64,000 nucleotides of DNA from an uncultured Candidatus Saccharibacteria bacterium. GTDB lineage: Bacteria; Patescibacteriota; Minisyncoccia; Phycocordibacterales; UBA9973. The notes beneath the pieces are model-generated. The model did no database searches. It saw only the letters and a list, made by a program, of their open reading frames with translations, and had not been told where the DNA came from. The stretch is taken from assembly GCA_964482735.1 (NCBI GenBank), contig CAYZYV010000004.1:65737-129736 (forward strand), written 5' to 3'. This document shows positions 37,519 through 47,135 of the stretch, in pieces (the stretch's first letter is position 1; each line of letters starts with the position of its first letter). Made by a program: the position numbers and the translations under genes.

Positions 37519-37806
37519 AGGCTCTTTTATTTAAGAAAATTGGTTCAAAAAATGCTATTTTTTGAAGACCATTGAGCATTTCTGTTTATTTTTTAAAACT
37601 TAAAAATATTGTAAAAAAAACTCAAAAAAGACTATATTTTGTAGGTGTTTTTTGGAGTTAAAAAAAACTTTATTGACGAAATGCTGATAGTTTTTTCTAG
37701 TGTCTTTTTTGGCAAGAATAGCTTGGTCTTATTTTTGAGAAGAATGTATAATGATAACTACAAGTTCGTTTTTTAGAATTTTTATTAGTTAATTTTTATA
37801 AAAGAT

Positions 37807-40128
37807 ATGCCTTCAAAAAAGAAAAATCCTACAGCAAAAAAGGTCGCAACTAAAAAAACAAATAAAAAACCTGACAAGAATATTTTTATTAAGAGTATTG
37901 AGAAGAGAGATGGTTCTATCGTGCCATTTGAGATAGAAAAAATTGCTAATGCTATTAATAAAGCGATGCTTGCCAGCCAAGAAGGCTCAGTGGAAGAGGC
38001 AATGAATGTTGCCAAGAGAGTTTTGTCTGTGCTTAGTAAGAAAGCAAAAGAAGAAAAAGGATTTGTTCCAAAAATTGAGTACATTCAAGATATTGTTGAG
38101 CAAGAATTAATGCTTTCGGACTATGTGAAGGCTTCGAAGGAGTACATCCTTTATCGTGAAGAGAGAGCAAGACTAAGAGAACAAGGTCTACTTGTTCCAG
38201 AAAAAGTAAAAAAGCTAGCAGAAGAGAGTAAAAAATATTTTAGAAACCCTCTTTCAGAATTTGTTTACTATCGTTCATACGCAAAGTGGATAGATGCAGA
38301 AAGTAGACGAGAAACATGGGTAGAAACAGTCGATCGATATATAAATTTCATGAAAGGAAAAATCGGAGACAAACTAAAAGAGAGTGAATACAAAGAAATT
38401 AGAGAAACGATTTTGAAACAAGAGGCGATGCCTTCTATGAGATTGATGCAATTCGCTGGTCCTGCAGCTGACCGCACAAATGTTTGTGCATATAACTGTT
38501 CTTTCGTAGCACCATCTTCAATTCAAGATTTTGCAGAGATATTATACATATTAATGTGCGGAACAGGAGTTGGTTTTTCTGTTGAGAGTAACAACATCCA
38601 ATCCCTTCCTCAAATCAAAGTTCAATCCGGTAAAAAAATCCCAACTTATGTGGTGCCTGATAGTAAAGAAGGGTGGGCAGATGCTCTATCATTTGGTATG
38701 AAGACATGGTTTTCTGGTGAAGATGTAGAATTTGATTTTTCACAATTAAGACCAGCTGGTGCTAGACTAAAAACTTTTGGTGGAAAGAGTTCTGGTCCTA
38801 AACCTCTCATAGAATTATTGGGATTTACCAGAGAAAGAATCATCAAAAGACAAGGCAGACACCTTAGAAATATCGATGCCCATGACATTATTTGTAAAAT
38901 AGGGGAATGTGTAGTATCTGGAGGAGTTCGACGAAGTGCCCTCATATCACTATCTGATTTGGACGATACCGAAATGAGAGATGCAAAAATCGGGCAATTT
39001 TGGATTAATGAAGGACAACGAATGCTTGCGAATAACTCAGCTGTTTACAACACAAAACCATCAGAAACAGAATTTTTGCGAGAATGGATCGCATTGATGG
39101 AGTCAGGAGCAGGGGAAAGAGGAATCTTTAATAGAGGATCACTATACAAATCTTTGCCAGCAAGACGATTAGAAGTTTCAAAGAATTATATAGGAGAGAT
39201 GGGGACAAATCCTTGTGGAGAAATAATTTTGAGATCAAAACAATTTTGTAACTTATCAGAAGTTGTAGCACGTGCCGAAGATAAAGAAGAAGATTTGATG
39301 AGGAAGATTAAGGTGGCAACTATCTTAGGTACATATCAGTCCACTCTTACCAAGTTTGAATACCTATCAAAAGAATGGAAAGAGAATTGTCAGGCTGAAA
39401 GATTGCTCGGAGTTTCAATTACCGGTCAATGGGATAGTAAATTTGCAAGAGACGAGAAGGTTCTTCAAAAATTAAAAAAGGAGGCAATCCGTTTGAATAA
39501 AATATATGCAAAAAGATTTGGAATAAGTGAATCAACCTGTATAACATGTGTTAAACCATCTGGTACAGTTTCTCAGACAGTAGATTGTTCTTCAGGAATG
39601 CATCCAAGACATGCCCCATACTACATCAGACGAGTTCGAATTTCTGCAACAGATGCACTATTTAAAATGCTTAAAGATCAAGGAGTACCTTATTATCCAG
39701 AAGTAGGTCAGAGCTATGAGAATGCAACAACTTTTGTTTTGGAATTTCCTATAAAAGCACCTAATGGAGCAATTTGTAAAGACGATATCAGTGCCATCGA
39801 ACAACTAGAACATTGGAAAGTTGTTAAAATTAATTATACCGAGCATAATCCTTCCGTAACTATTTCTGTTGGAGACGATGAATGGATCAAGGTGGCACAC
39901 TGGTTGTATCAAAATTGGGACATTATCGGTGGTCTATCTTTCCTTCCAAGATCAAATTATGTTTATCAGCTTGCTCCTTATGAGACAATAGATGAAAAAA
40001 GATACAAAGAGTTAATTGGTAAAATGCCAGAAATAGATTTTTCTAAAATTGTTATTTATGAAAAAATAGACGAGACTGAGGTTAAGAAAGAACTAGCTTG
40101 TGTTTCAGGAACTTGCGATATCTTATAA
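37807..40128 (+). CDS. nrdJ: Class II (adenosylcobalamin-dependent) ribonucleotide reductase with ATP cone
   Basis: IEKRDG ATP cone, YNCS, TNPCGEI, TCVKPSGT and C-terminal CVSGTC. Confidence 0.9.
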   Translation: MPSKKKNPTAKKVATKKTNKKPDKNIFIKSIEKRDGSIVPFEIEKIANAINKAMLASQEGSVEEAMNVAKRVLSVLSKKAKEEKGFVPKIEYIQDIVEQELMLSDYVKASKEYILYREERARLREQGLLVPEKVKKLAEESKKYFRNPLSEFVYYRSYAKWIDAESRRETWVETVDRYINFMKGKIGDKLKESEYKEIRETILKQEAMPSMRLMQFAGPAADRTNVCAYNCSFVAPSSIQDFAEILYILMCGTGVGFSVESNNIQSLPQIKVQSGKKIPTYVVPDSKEGWADALSFGMKTWFSGEDVEFDFSQLRPAGARLKTFGGKSSGPKPLIELLGFTRERIIKRQGRHLRNIDAHDIICKIGECVVSGGVRRSALISLSDLDDTEMRDAKIGQFWINEGQRMLANNSAVYNTKPSETEFLREWIALMESGAGERGIFNRGSLYKSLPARRLEVSKNYIGEMGTNPCGEIILRSKQFCNLSEVVARAEDKEEDLMRKIKVATILGTYQSTLTKFEYLSKEWKENCQAERLLGVSITGQWDSKFARDEKVLQKLKKEAIRLNKIYAKRFGISESTCITCVKPSGTVSQTVDCSSGMHPRHAPYYIRRVRISATDALFKMLKDQGVPYYPEVGQSYENATTFVLEFPIKAPNGAICKDDISAIEQLEHWKVVKINYTEHNPSVTISVGDDEWIKVAHWLYQNWDIIGGLSFLPRSNYVYQLAPYETIDEKRYKELIGKMPEIDFSKIVIYEKIDETEVKKELACVSGTCDIL

Positions 40129-40185
40129 GAATAAAAACTAAAAAGCCACTTGCCAGTGGTTTTTTAGTTGCTATAATTAAATCCT

Positions 40186-40599
40186 ATGGATAAAAAATCA
40201 AAATTAAAAATAGTTAAGCTTTTAGCCTTTATTATATTATTAGTAGCAATAGTGTTGGTGATTGGAACAATAACAAAACCAAAGACAGAAGAGGGTAAAT
40301 ACTCCAATCTTGATGGCTTTGCCCAATGTATTAGTGATTCTGGAGCAAGGTTTTATGGTGCTTTCTGGTGTTCACATTGTGGAGAACAAAAACAAATGTT
40401 TGGTTCAGCTAAACAGTATTTACCGTATGTTGAATGTTCAAGCGCCGATGGTAGAAGCCAATTAGAAGTTTGTAGCAAAGAGGGCATAGAAGGATTTCCT
40501 ACTTGGAAATTTGCTGATGGATCCGAGCTTTCTGGACGACAAGAATTAGAAACTCTAGCAGCAAAAACATCGTGTAACCTACCAGAAATAGACAAATAA
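40186..40599 (+). CDS. Membrane-anchored thioredoxin-fold protein
   Basis: FYGAFWCSHC and IEGFPTW motifs. Confidence 0.85.
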   Translation: MDKKSKLKIVKLLAFIILLVAIVLVIGTITKPKTEEGKYSNLDGFAQCISDSGARFYGAFWCSHCGEQKQMFGSAKQYLPYVECSSADGRSQLEVCSKEGIEGFPTWKFADGSELSGRQELETLAAKTSCNLPEIDK

Positions 40600-40643
40600 C
40601 TCCTAATTTTAGAAAAATACGAAGTATGATATAATGAGCTTAT

Positions 40644-41393
40644 ATGAATAAGCTCATTATTGCTAATTGGAAAATGAATCCAGCTTCAGAGAAAGAAGCT
40701 GAGAAACTTTTAATAGAAACATCAAAAAAGATTAAAACCTTAAAAGGTATTGATTTGATAATTTGTCCACCTTTCCCTTACTTATTTCTATTTAAGAAAA
40801 ATAAAACTACAAAGATTGTATTAGGTGCTCAAAATGTTCACAAGGAATTAGAGGGATCTTACACTGGAGAAGTTTCTGTTAAAATGCTTTCAAGTCTAGG
40901 AGTGAAGAATGTGATTTTGGGACACGGAGAAAGAAGAAAGCTTGGAGAAACTGACGAATTTATAAATCAAAAAGTTTTAACTTCGATAAAGAACAAAGTT
41001 AATCCTATTTTCTGTATAGGGGAAAGCAGTAGAGACAGGGATGGCAACTTCCTTTCTTTCTTAGAAGATCAAATTAAAAAAGGATTGAACGGAGTAACTA
41101 AATCTCAGATAAAAAATGTTGTAATTGCTTATGAACCACTTTGGGCTATTGGTAAAAATGCACAAAGGGAAGCCACCAGAGAAGAGTTTGTTGAAGTTAA
41201 GATTTTTATAAAAAAAGTAATTTCAGATTTGTATGATTCAAAGTCTGCACATGGAATCAAAATAATATACGGGGGATCAATCAATTCAAACAACGCAAAA
41301 TCTTTCTTAGATGCTGGAGCTGACGGTTTGCTCGTCGGTCGAGATAGTATCAATTTTAAAAAGTTTGAAGCATTGTTAGATGCTATAAAATAA
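40644..41393 (+). CDS. tpiA: Triosephosphate isomerase
   Basis: ANWKMN, GHGERR, AYEPLWAIG and YGGS motifs. Confidence 0.96.
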   Translation: MNKLIIANWKMNPASEKEAEKLLIETSKKIKTLKGIDLIICPPFPYLFLFKKNKTTKIVLGAQNVHKELEGSYTGEVSVKMLSSLGVKNVILGHGERRKLGETDEFINQKVLTSIKNKVNPIFCIGESSRDRDGNFLSFLEDQIKKGLNGVTKSQIKNVVIAYEPLWAIGKNAQREATREEFVEVKIFIKKVISDLYDSKSAHGIKIIYGGSINSNNAKSFLDAGADGLLVGRDSINFKKFEALLDAIK

Positions 41394-41394
41394 A

Positions 41395-42516
41395 ATGAAA
41401 TCTCTTAGAGAAATTAAAAATTTATCAAACAAAAAAGTCATTATTCGTGCTGATTTGAATGTGCCAATCAAAAATGATGAAATTGTTGATGATTTTAGAA
41501 TAAAAAAAGTTATTCCAACTTTACAGTTTTTGCAGAAAAAAGGTGCTAAAACAATCATTATTTCTCACCTGGGAGAGGATGGAAGTCAAAGTTTAGCAAT
41601 TGTGGCTAAGCGGATGAAAAAGTATATAAAGGAAGTTGAATTTATCGATCACCCAATCTTGTCTGATGAAACTGAACGTAAAATAAATGAAATGAAAAAG
41701 GGTGGCATTGTCATGCTTCGAAACTTAAGAAGCGAAGAAGGAGAGAAGAAAAATTCACCATCTTTTGCTAGAGGTCTTTCACGATATGGAGAAATTTATG
41801 TGAATGATGCCTTCTCCGTGTCACACAGAGAACACGCGTCTGTTGTTGGGATAGCAAAACACTTGCCTAGCTATGCGGGGTTACAGTTAGAAATAGAAGT
41901 TCAAAACCTTTCAAAAGCTTTTGATCCTAAACATCCATTTTTATTTATTTTAGGAGGGGCAAAATTTGATACCAAGATACCTCTTATTAGAAGATTCTTA
42001 AGAAAAGCTGATAATATATTTATCGGTGGAGCAATCGCAAATGATTTTCTAAAAGCAAAAGGATACGAAATTGGTGTTTCTCTCTGTGGTGGCCCAAATC
42101 CTGATATTAAATCATTTTTGAAAAGTAAAAATTTAACATTACCAATAGACGTCATAGTTAAAAGAAAAAATAAAGATATCAATGTAAAACTAGAAGAGGT
42201 TTTGCCAGATGATTGTATTTTGGATGTTGGTAAAGAGACAACAGAAAATTTAAAAAAATTAGTTTCAGAATCAAAATTTATTCTTTGGAATGGACCTCTC
42301 GGTAAATACGAAAATGGTTTTGGTGGCTCGACGGAAGAAGTATTAAAAGCTATTACCAAGAGTAAGGCTATTAGCATGATTGGTGGGGGAGATACTACCG
42401 CTATTATATCTAAACTAAAAATTGAGAATAAAATTAGCTTCGTTTCAACAGGAGGTGGGGCTACACTAGACTTTCTTGCTAAAGGTACTCTTCCTGGAAT
42501 TCGAGCATTGAAATAA
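41395..42516 (+). CDS. pgk: Phosphoglycerate kinase
   Basis: RADLNVP, NDAFS..HR.HAS, WNGPLG, GGGDT and STGGGA motifs. Confidence 0.97.
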   Translation: MKSLREIKNLSNKKVIIRADLNVPIKNDEIVDDFRIKKVIPTLQFLQKKGAKTIIISHLGEDGSQSLAIVAKRMKKYIKEVEFIDHPILSDETERKINEMKKGGIVMLRNLRSEEGEKKNSPSFARGLSRYGEIYVNDAFSVSHREHASVVGIAKHLPSYAGLQLEIEVQNLSKAFDPKHPFLFILGGAKFDTKIPLIRRFLRKADNIFIGGAIANDFLKAKGYEIGVSLCGGPNPDIKSFLKSKNLTLPIDVIVKRKNKDINVKLEEVLPDDCILDVGKETTENLKKLVSESKFILWNGPLGKYENGFGGSTEEVLKAITKSKAISMIGGGDTTAIISKLKIENKISFVSTGGGATLDFLAKGTLPGIRALK

Positions 42517-42590
42517 TACCACTCTATAAAAATAGTTTGACCATGAGCCTTTTAGACCACACAGCTTGGATTCTAGAAGGTTTTTTGTAT

Positions 42591-42636
42591 TAACAGCCGA
42601 GGTCGGACCTCGTACGAGGTCCGACCTCGGCTGTTA
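42591..42636. repeat. Perfect 46-bp REP-like palindrome
   Basis: TAACAGCCGAGGTCGGACCTCGTACGAGGTCCGACCTCGGCTGTTA; related copy at 62584-62653. Confidence 0.9.
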
Positions 42637-42647
42637 TCCACAGGTAC

Positions 42648-42781
42648 ACCCCCACACCCATATTTTTATCATTCTGTTTACAGAATTTAATCACATAGCT
42701 TTTACCTTATTTAAACATACAGTTTTTTGTATCTTGTTTTAATATGTTTTTTAAAAACAATAAAAATATAGGTGTGGGGGT
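42648..42781. mobile_element. MITE-like element with 22-bp terminal inverted repeats and no ORF
   Basis: ACCCCCACACCCATATTTTTAT / ATAAAAATATAGGTGTGGGGGT; same end family as the GIY-YIG cassette at 32213. Confidence 0.75.
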
Positions 42782-42804
42782 AAAGATTATGTTATAATAA
42801 AAAA

Positions 42805-43593
42805 GTGAAAAACAAACTCTTAAAATCAGATAATAAAACTACAGGGTTCACTTTAATTGAACTCTTAGTCGTTATCGCAATCATTGGAATTTTATCAGCC
42901 GTAGTTGTCGCTTCGCTAAACAGTGCAAGAGAGAAAGGAAAGATTGCTTCTATTAAATCCACCTTAAAACAACTATATAACCAAGCAGCCATCAATCAAG
43001 CAGAATATGGTAGTTTTGCAAACTCTAATACATCATATTCAGATTTAACTTGTACAGGCCCAGGAGGTAATCTAGCTAAAATAGCTCAACCACTCATTGA
43101 TCAAGGAATTATAGTTAAATGCTTTAGTTTTAATAGTCCGGCATCTGGAGATTTGTCCCTTCGCTTTGCTGCAACCGCTCTTATATATGATACAAATGAA
43201 CTCAAAGCATGGTCAGTAGATGAAAACGGTGTAGTTAAATGGGATACTCATGGAGTTAATACTGATGGGACAACAAGATCAACAGATATAACCATGGCAT
43301 GGAAGGACCTAAATGATATCACTATAGCTATGAACGCTTGTGCGAAAAATGGTGGTCGTCTTCCTTCTGTGGAACAATTTCGAACCCTGTTTCATTCATG
43401 GTACTCATCTACTGGCAATGTGTCATATCTTCCAATACCAACAGAAGGTTCTTTTTCAAATGGTTACTACTGGTCATCAACTTCTGTACCGCTTTGGCCA
43501 GAGACTAGATCATATTCTTTGATCACAGAGAGCTCAAATATAGGATTCTCTGGTTCGTTGAGTTCTGGTTATTATGTCCGTTGTGTTAGATAA
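42805..43593 (+). CDS. Type IV prepilin with C-terminal CLec/DUF1566-like domain (paralog P2)
   Basis: TTG|FTLIELL, GGRLPSVEQ, YWSST and YVRCVR motifs. Confidence 0.88.
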   Translation: MKNKLLKSDNKTTGFTLIELLVVIAIIGILSAVVVASLNSAREKGKIASIKSTLKQLYNQAAINQAEYGSFANSNTSYSDLTCTGPGGNLAKIAQPLIDQGIIVKCFSFNSPASGDLSLRFAATALIYDTNELKAWSVDENGVVKWDTHGVNTDGTTRSTDITMAWKDLNDITIAMNACAKNGGRLPSVEQFRTLFHSWYSSTGNVSYLPIPTEGSFSNGYYWSSTSVPLWPETRSYSLITESSNIGFSGSLSSGYYVRCVR

Positions 43594-43601
43594 AAACATG
43601 C

Positions 43602-43637
43602 TTACATATTTGTGTGCTATCGCTTACAAATATGTAA
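43602..43637. repeat. TATC-loop palindrome downstream of P2
   Basis: Related to 9733-9774. Confidence 0.75.
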
Positions 43638-43673
43638 CCTAAAAAACTTCGATCAATGTCGAAGTTTTTTAGG

Positions 43674-43979
43674 TTAGTATTCTGGGACTAGATGAATATG
43701 AAAATGAGGGACATCTTTACCTATGACTTTAACTTTTACAAATTCGCATTTTTTATCATTGATTAGTTTTTGCATTAGTTTTTTTGCAACAACAAAAGCT
43801 TCACCCAGTAATTCATCTGGAGCATCTTGCATCCAAACGTAATGATCTTTGGGAATGATTAGCGTGTGTCCATCGCTCTCGGGATTGATATCAAGAAAAG
43901 CGAAGAATTTCTCATCCTCATAAACCTTTGTGCTAGGAATTTCTCCTTGTGCAATTTTACAAAAAATACATTTATCCAT
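43674..43979 (-). CDS. HIT family protein
   Basis: CIFCKI, FLDINP, GHTL.IPK and HFHIH motifs. Confidence 0.92.
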   Translation of the reverse strand: MDKCIFCKIAQGEIPSTKVYEDEKFFAFLDINPESDGHTLIIPKDHYVWMQDAPDELLGEAFVVAKKLMQKLINDKKCEFVKVKVIGKDVPHFHIHLVPEY

Positions 43980-44007
43980 ATTTCTATTATATGTTACAAT
44001 CAAGAAT

Positions 44008-45726
44008 ATGCCAAACCACGAAGAACTACTTGAAATACTTTTGAACAATCGAGGTATTGAAATTAAAGACCGAGAAAAATTCCTTAATCCATCATATGAG
44101 GATCACTTGAATGACCCTTTTTTGTTGAAGGGAATGGAAACTTCTGTAGTTAGATTTTTCGAAGCTGTTTCCAATAATCAAAAAATAGTGATTTACAGTG
44201 ACTATGATGCCGATGGTATACCAGCAGCGGTTATTCTTCATGACTTCTTGAAAAAGATTAATTACGAAAATTTTTCTGTCTATATTCCACATCGTCATGA
44301 CGAAGGGTATGGTCTTCACGCTGATGCGATAGAGGAATTTGTGAAAGATAAAGTCAATTTATTAATCACTTTAGACTTAGGCATTACCGCCAAAGATGAA
44401 ATAGCTCAAGCGAAGATAGGCGAGATAGACACTATTGTCATTGATCACCATTTACCACAAGAAAGTTTGCCGAGCGCTTTTGCAATTATTGATCCCAAGA
44501 TTGAATTGGATGAAAATCTAAATCGTAATCAAAATAAAATTCCTACAGATACGGAAGATAAAAATTCTTCAGCTATGCTTTGTGGGGCAGGGTTGGCTTA
44601 CAAATTTATACAAGCCACAATTTCAAAATATGGAGAATATTGGGATATAAAAAATGGATGGGAGAAGTGGCTTCTAGATATGGCTGGAGTGGCAACGATT
44701 GCAGATCAGGTTCCTTTGTTAGAAGAGAATCGTACCCTTGCGTACTATGGATTGAAAGTTTTAAAAAAAACGAAAAGAGAAGGTTTGAAAGAATTGTTTA
44801 TTAAATCTGGAGTCTCTATCTCTAATATAACTGAAGAAGATATCTCTTTTACTTTAGCACCAAGAATAAACGTGGCTTCTAGAATGGCAAATCCTATGTT
44901 GGCTTTTGATTTACTGTCGACAGATGACAGTGTAAAAGCAAAAACACTGGCCGGATTGCTTGATAAAATAAATACTGACAGAAAATACACTGTGGCTCAA
45001 ATAATGAAAGAGGTTAAATCAGTTTTAAACAAGAGATTAGAGAATGAGGACTTTATAAATCAACCATTTATTGTTATTGGAAATCCAAAATGGCATGTCG
45101 GGGTTTTGGGATTAATAGCCTCAAAGATTACAGAAGAATACAAGAAGACTGTTTTTGTTTGGGGTGGGGAAGAAGACATGATCCGAGGTTCTTGCCGTTC
45201 ATACGGGGAAATTAATCTTGTAGAGATAATGTCTCGTTTACCAGAAGGATCGTTGTCTTTATTTGGAGGACATAAAGGAGCTGGTGGCTTTTCAGCAGAT
45301 AGAGAAGAAATTGTTTTACTAGAAGAAAGACTAAAACCAATTTTTGAAGAAGTAGAAGATATCAAAGGCCAAGATGATTTTATAATAGATGCAAAAATTT
45401 CAATAGATGATGTTAATGAAGATAACTATAAAGTTATAGAAAAGATGGCCCCTTTTGGCATGGGGAATCCTAAACCAGTTTTCAAGCTCGACAATTTGGA
45501 AATTTTTGAAGTTAAAGAATTTGGAAAAGAAAAAAATCATCTCGAACTATCTTTTAAAAACACTAAGAATAAAACAATTAAAGCTATTTCGTTTTTTAAA
45601 ACTAGAAATGATTTTAATGGTATTGATTTAACACCAGGAAATAAGATTAACTTGATCGCCAATTTAGAGAAAAATAACTTTGCCGGCAGAGAAGAACTAA
45701 GACTTAGAATCGTAGGCATAATGTAA
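44008..45726 (+). CDS. recJ: Single-stranded DNA exonuclease RecJ
   Basis: DYDADG, IDHH, PRIN, RGSCRS, GGHKGAGG and PFGMGNPKP motifs. Confidence 0.95.
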   Translation: MPNHEELLEILLNNRGIEIKDREKFLNPSYEDHLNDPFLLKGMETSVVRFFEAVSNNQKIVIYSDYDADGIPAAVILHDFLKKINYENFSVYIPHRHDEGYGLHADAIEEFVKDKVNLLITLDLGITAKDEIAQAKIGEIDTIVIDHHLPQESLPSAFAIIDPKIELDENLNRNQNKIPTDTEDKNSSAMLCGAGLAYKFIQATISKYGEYWDIKNGWEKWLLDMAGVATIADQVPLLEENRTLAYYGLKVLKKTKREGLKELFIKSGVSISNITEEDISFTLAPRINVASRMANPMLAFDLLSTDDSVKAKTLAGLLDKINTDRKYTVAQIMKEVKSVLNKRLENEDFINQPFIVIGNPKWHVGVLGLIASKITEEYKKTVFVWGGEEDMIRGSCRSYGEINLVEIMSRLPEGSLSLFGGHKGAGGFSADREEIVLLEERLKPIFEEVEDIKGQDDFIIDAKISIDDVNEDNYKVIEKMAPFGMGNPKPVFKLDNLEIFEVKEFGKEKNHLELSFKNTKNKTIKAISFFKTRNDFNGIDLTPGNKINLIANLEKNNFAGREELRLRIVGIM

Positions 45727-45771
45727 CGATCAGTTCTTTTAATTTGGTTAATTCTATTGTATAATAAAACT

Positions 45772-46536
45772 ATGATTAAGAATTATAAAAACACTAATAA
45801 TGCCTTTACTCTCATCGAACTCCTCGTCGTCGTCGCAATCATCGGAATACTCTCCTCAGTAGTCATCACATCACTAAACTCTGCAAGAGAAAAGAGCAAG
45901 ATTGCTTCTATTAAATCCACCTTAAAACAACTATACAACCAAGCTGCCATCAATCAAGTAGAAAATGGTAGTTTTACTGGATCTAATCCTTCATATTCAA
46001 ACTTAACCTGTTCTGGCAACTTAGCTCCAATAATTAAACCACTAGAAGACCAGGGAATAATAGTTAAATGCTTTAGTTTCTATGGAAGTCCCTATGGAGG
46101 AAATTATACAGGAGACGATTATAACAGATTCGCCGCCACGGCCCTCATCTACGACACAGGAGAACTCAAAGCATGGTCTGTAGATGAAAACGGTGTAGTT
46201 AAATGGGATACACAAGGAGTAAACTCAACAGGAGCTTTTGTTACCCCTGACATTACAGCCTCATGGACTAATGCTCAAAACAGATGTGCTTTATCTGGTG
46301 GACGTCTCCCTTCTATTGAACAATTGAGAACTCTATCTCATGCATGGTATTCTAAAGCTAATACTGATGGAGATGTAGACCCTTGGGCACCTCTTGGTTT
46401 CGTAGCAAGCATCTACTGGTCTTCTACCCCCGTTCCGTCGTCGCCTACTACGCTCGCTTACGGCCAGATCATGGCCTATGGTAGCTTGACCTCCTACAGT
46501 CAGACTCTCGGGTACTATGTTCGCTGTGTTAGGTAG
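45772..46536 (+). CDS. DGR2 target: type IV prepilin fused to a variable CLec/DUF1566-like domain (P3)
   Basis: NNA|FTLIELLVVVAIIGIL, GGRLPSIEQL, YWSST and YVRCVR motifs; the 3' end is VR2. Confidence 0.93.
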   Translation: MIKNYKNTNNAFTLIELLVVVAIIGILSSVVITSLNSAREKSKIASIKSTLKQLYNQAAINQVENGSFTGSNPSYSNLTCSGNLAPIIKPLEDQGIIVKCFSFYGSPYGGNYTGDDYNRFAATALIYDTGELKAWSVDENGVVKWDTQGVNSTGAFVTPDITASWTNAQNRCALSGGRLPSIEQLRTLSHAWYSKANTDGDVDPWAPLGFVASIYWSSTPVPSSPTTLAYGQIMAYGSLTSYSQTLGYYVRCVR

Positions 46537-46556
46537 TAGTGTGTTCGCCTAGAATT
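46391..46556 (+). repeat. DGR2 variable repeat (VR2), extending past the stop codon
   Basis: 166-bp ungapped match to TR2 with 17 mismatches, all at TR adenines. Confidence 0.97.
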
Positions 46557-46566
46557 CATTATTACA

Positions 46567-46632
46567 TCCCGACTTTATGTCGGGACATTCTCTCTCGAAT
46601 GACTCCGACGTAAGGAGGAGCATTCGAGAGAG
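46567..46632 (+). promoter_or_regulatory. Two hairpins 3' of VR2 (probable DGR target-recognition structures)
   Basis: TCCCGAC-TTTAT-GTCGGGA and CTCTCTCGAATG...CATTCGAGAGAG. Confidence 0.7.
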
Positions 46633-46644
46633 GGCTTGTCGTTT

Positions 46645-47076
46645 ATGTCTATTTATTCTAATCTTCCAATATACAACAATACATTTTCATTGTTAAAAGA
46701 ACTATACATAAGAGTTCCTAAATTTAGTAAAGAATATAAATATCTTCTAGGGGAGAAAATGATTAAATGCTGTGTGGACAGTCTTGTGTTAATTAATCAA
46801 ATTAGTTCAAGTAAAGAAAGGGTCGAAAGAATAAATCTTTTGATGAGATTAGAAGATAACATGAATGTACTAATGGTGCATGTCCGAATAGCTAATGAAC
46901 TCAATCAATTAGTTAAAAAGGATAATTATTTCTTTTTATCTCAAAAAATAATAGAAATTTTAAATCAAGCAGAAAATTGGAAAAAGTTTCTTCAGAAGAA
47001 GAAATGTTCCCAGAATTGCACCTCTGATGGTAGTGCAAGTGTGGATAAAAAAATTCCTCTCCCCACCCCTTGTTAA
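46645..47076 (+). CDS. avd: Avd-like four-helix-bundle accessory protein (DGR2)
   Basis: LPIY....L.......F.K.YKY.LG...L...RIA.EL....W pattern; lies between VR and TR. Confidence 0.85.
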   Translation: MSIYSNLPIYNNTFSLLKELYIRVPKFSKEYKYLLGEKMIKCCVDSLVLINQISSSKERVERINLLMRLEDNMNVLMVHVRIANELNQLVKKDNYFFLSQKIIEILNQAENWKKFLQKKKCSQNCTSDGSASVDKKIPLPTPC

Positions 47077-47135
47077 AAGATCTATCACTTTAGACAAGGG
47101 ATAAGAGGTTATCATGATTGAGTTGGGGAGACTAG

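Noticed and set aside
42634-42642. DnaA box as evidence for oriC
   Set aside because: It is a single box within a dispersed repeat (also near 62643), with no cluster and no dnaA or dnaN nearby.
43445-43593. P2 3' end as a current second target of TR2
   Set aside because: Numerous non-adenine differences, including in the terminal GTCCGTTGT versus GTTCGCTGT.
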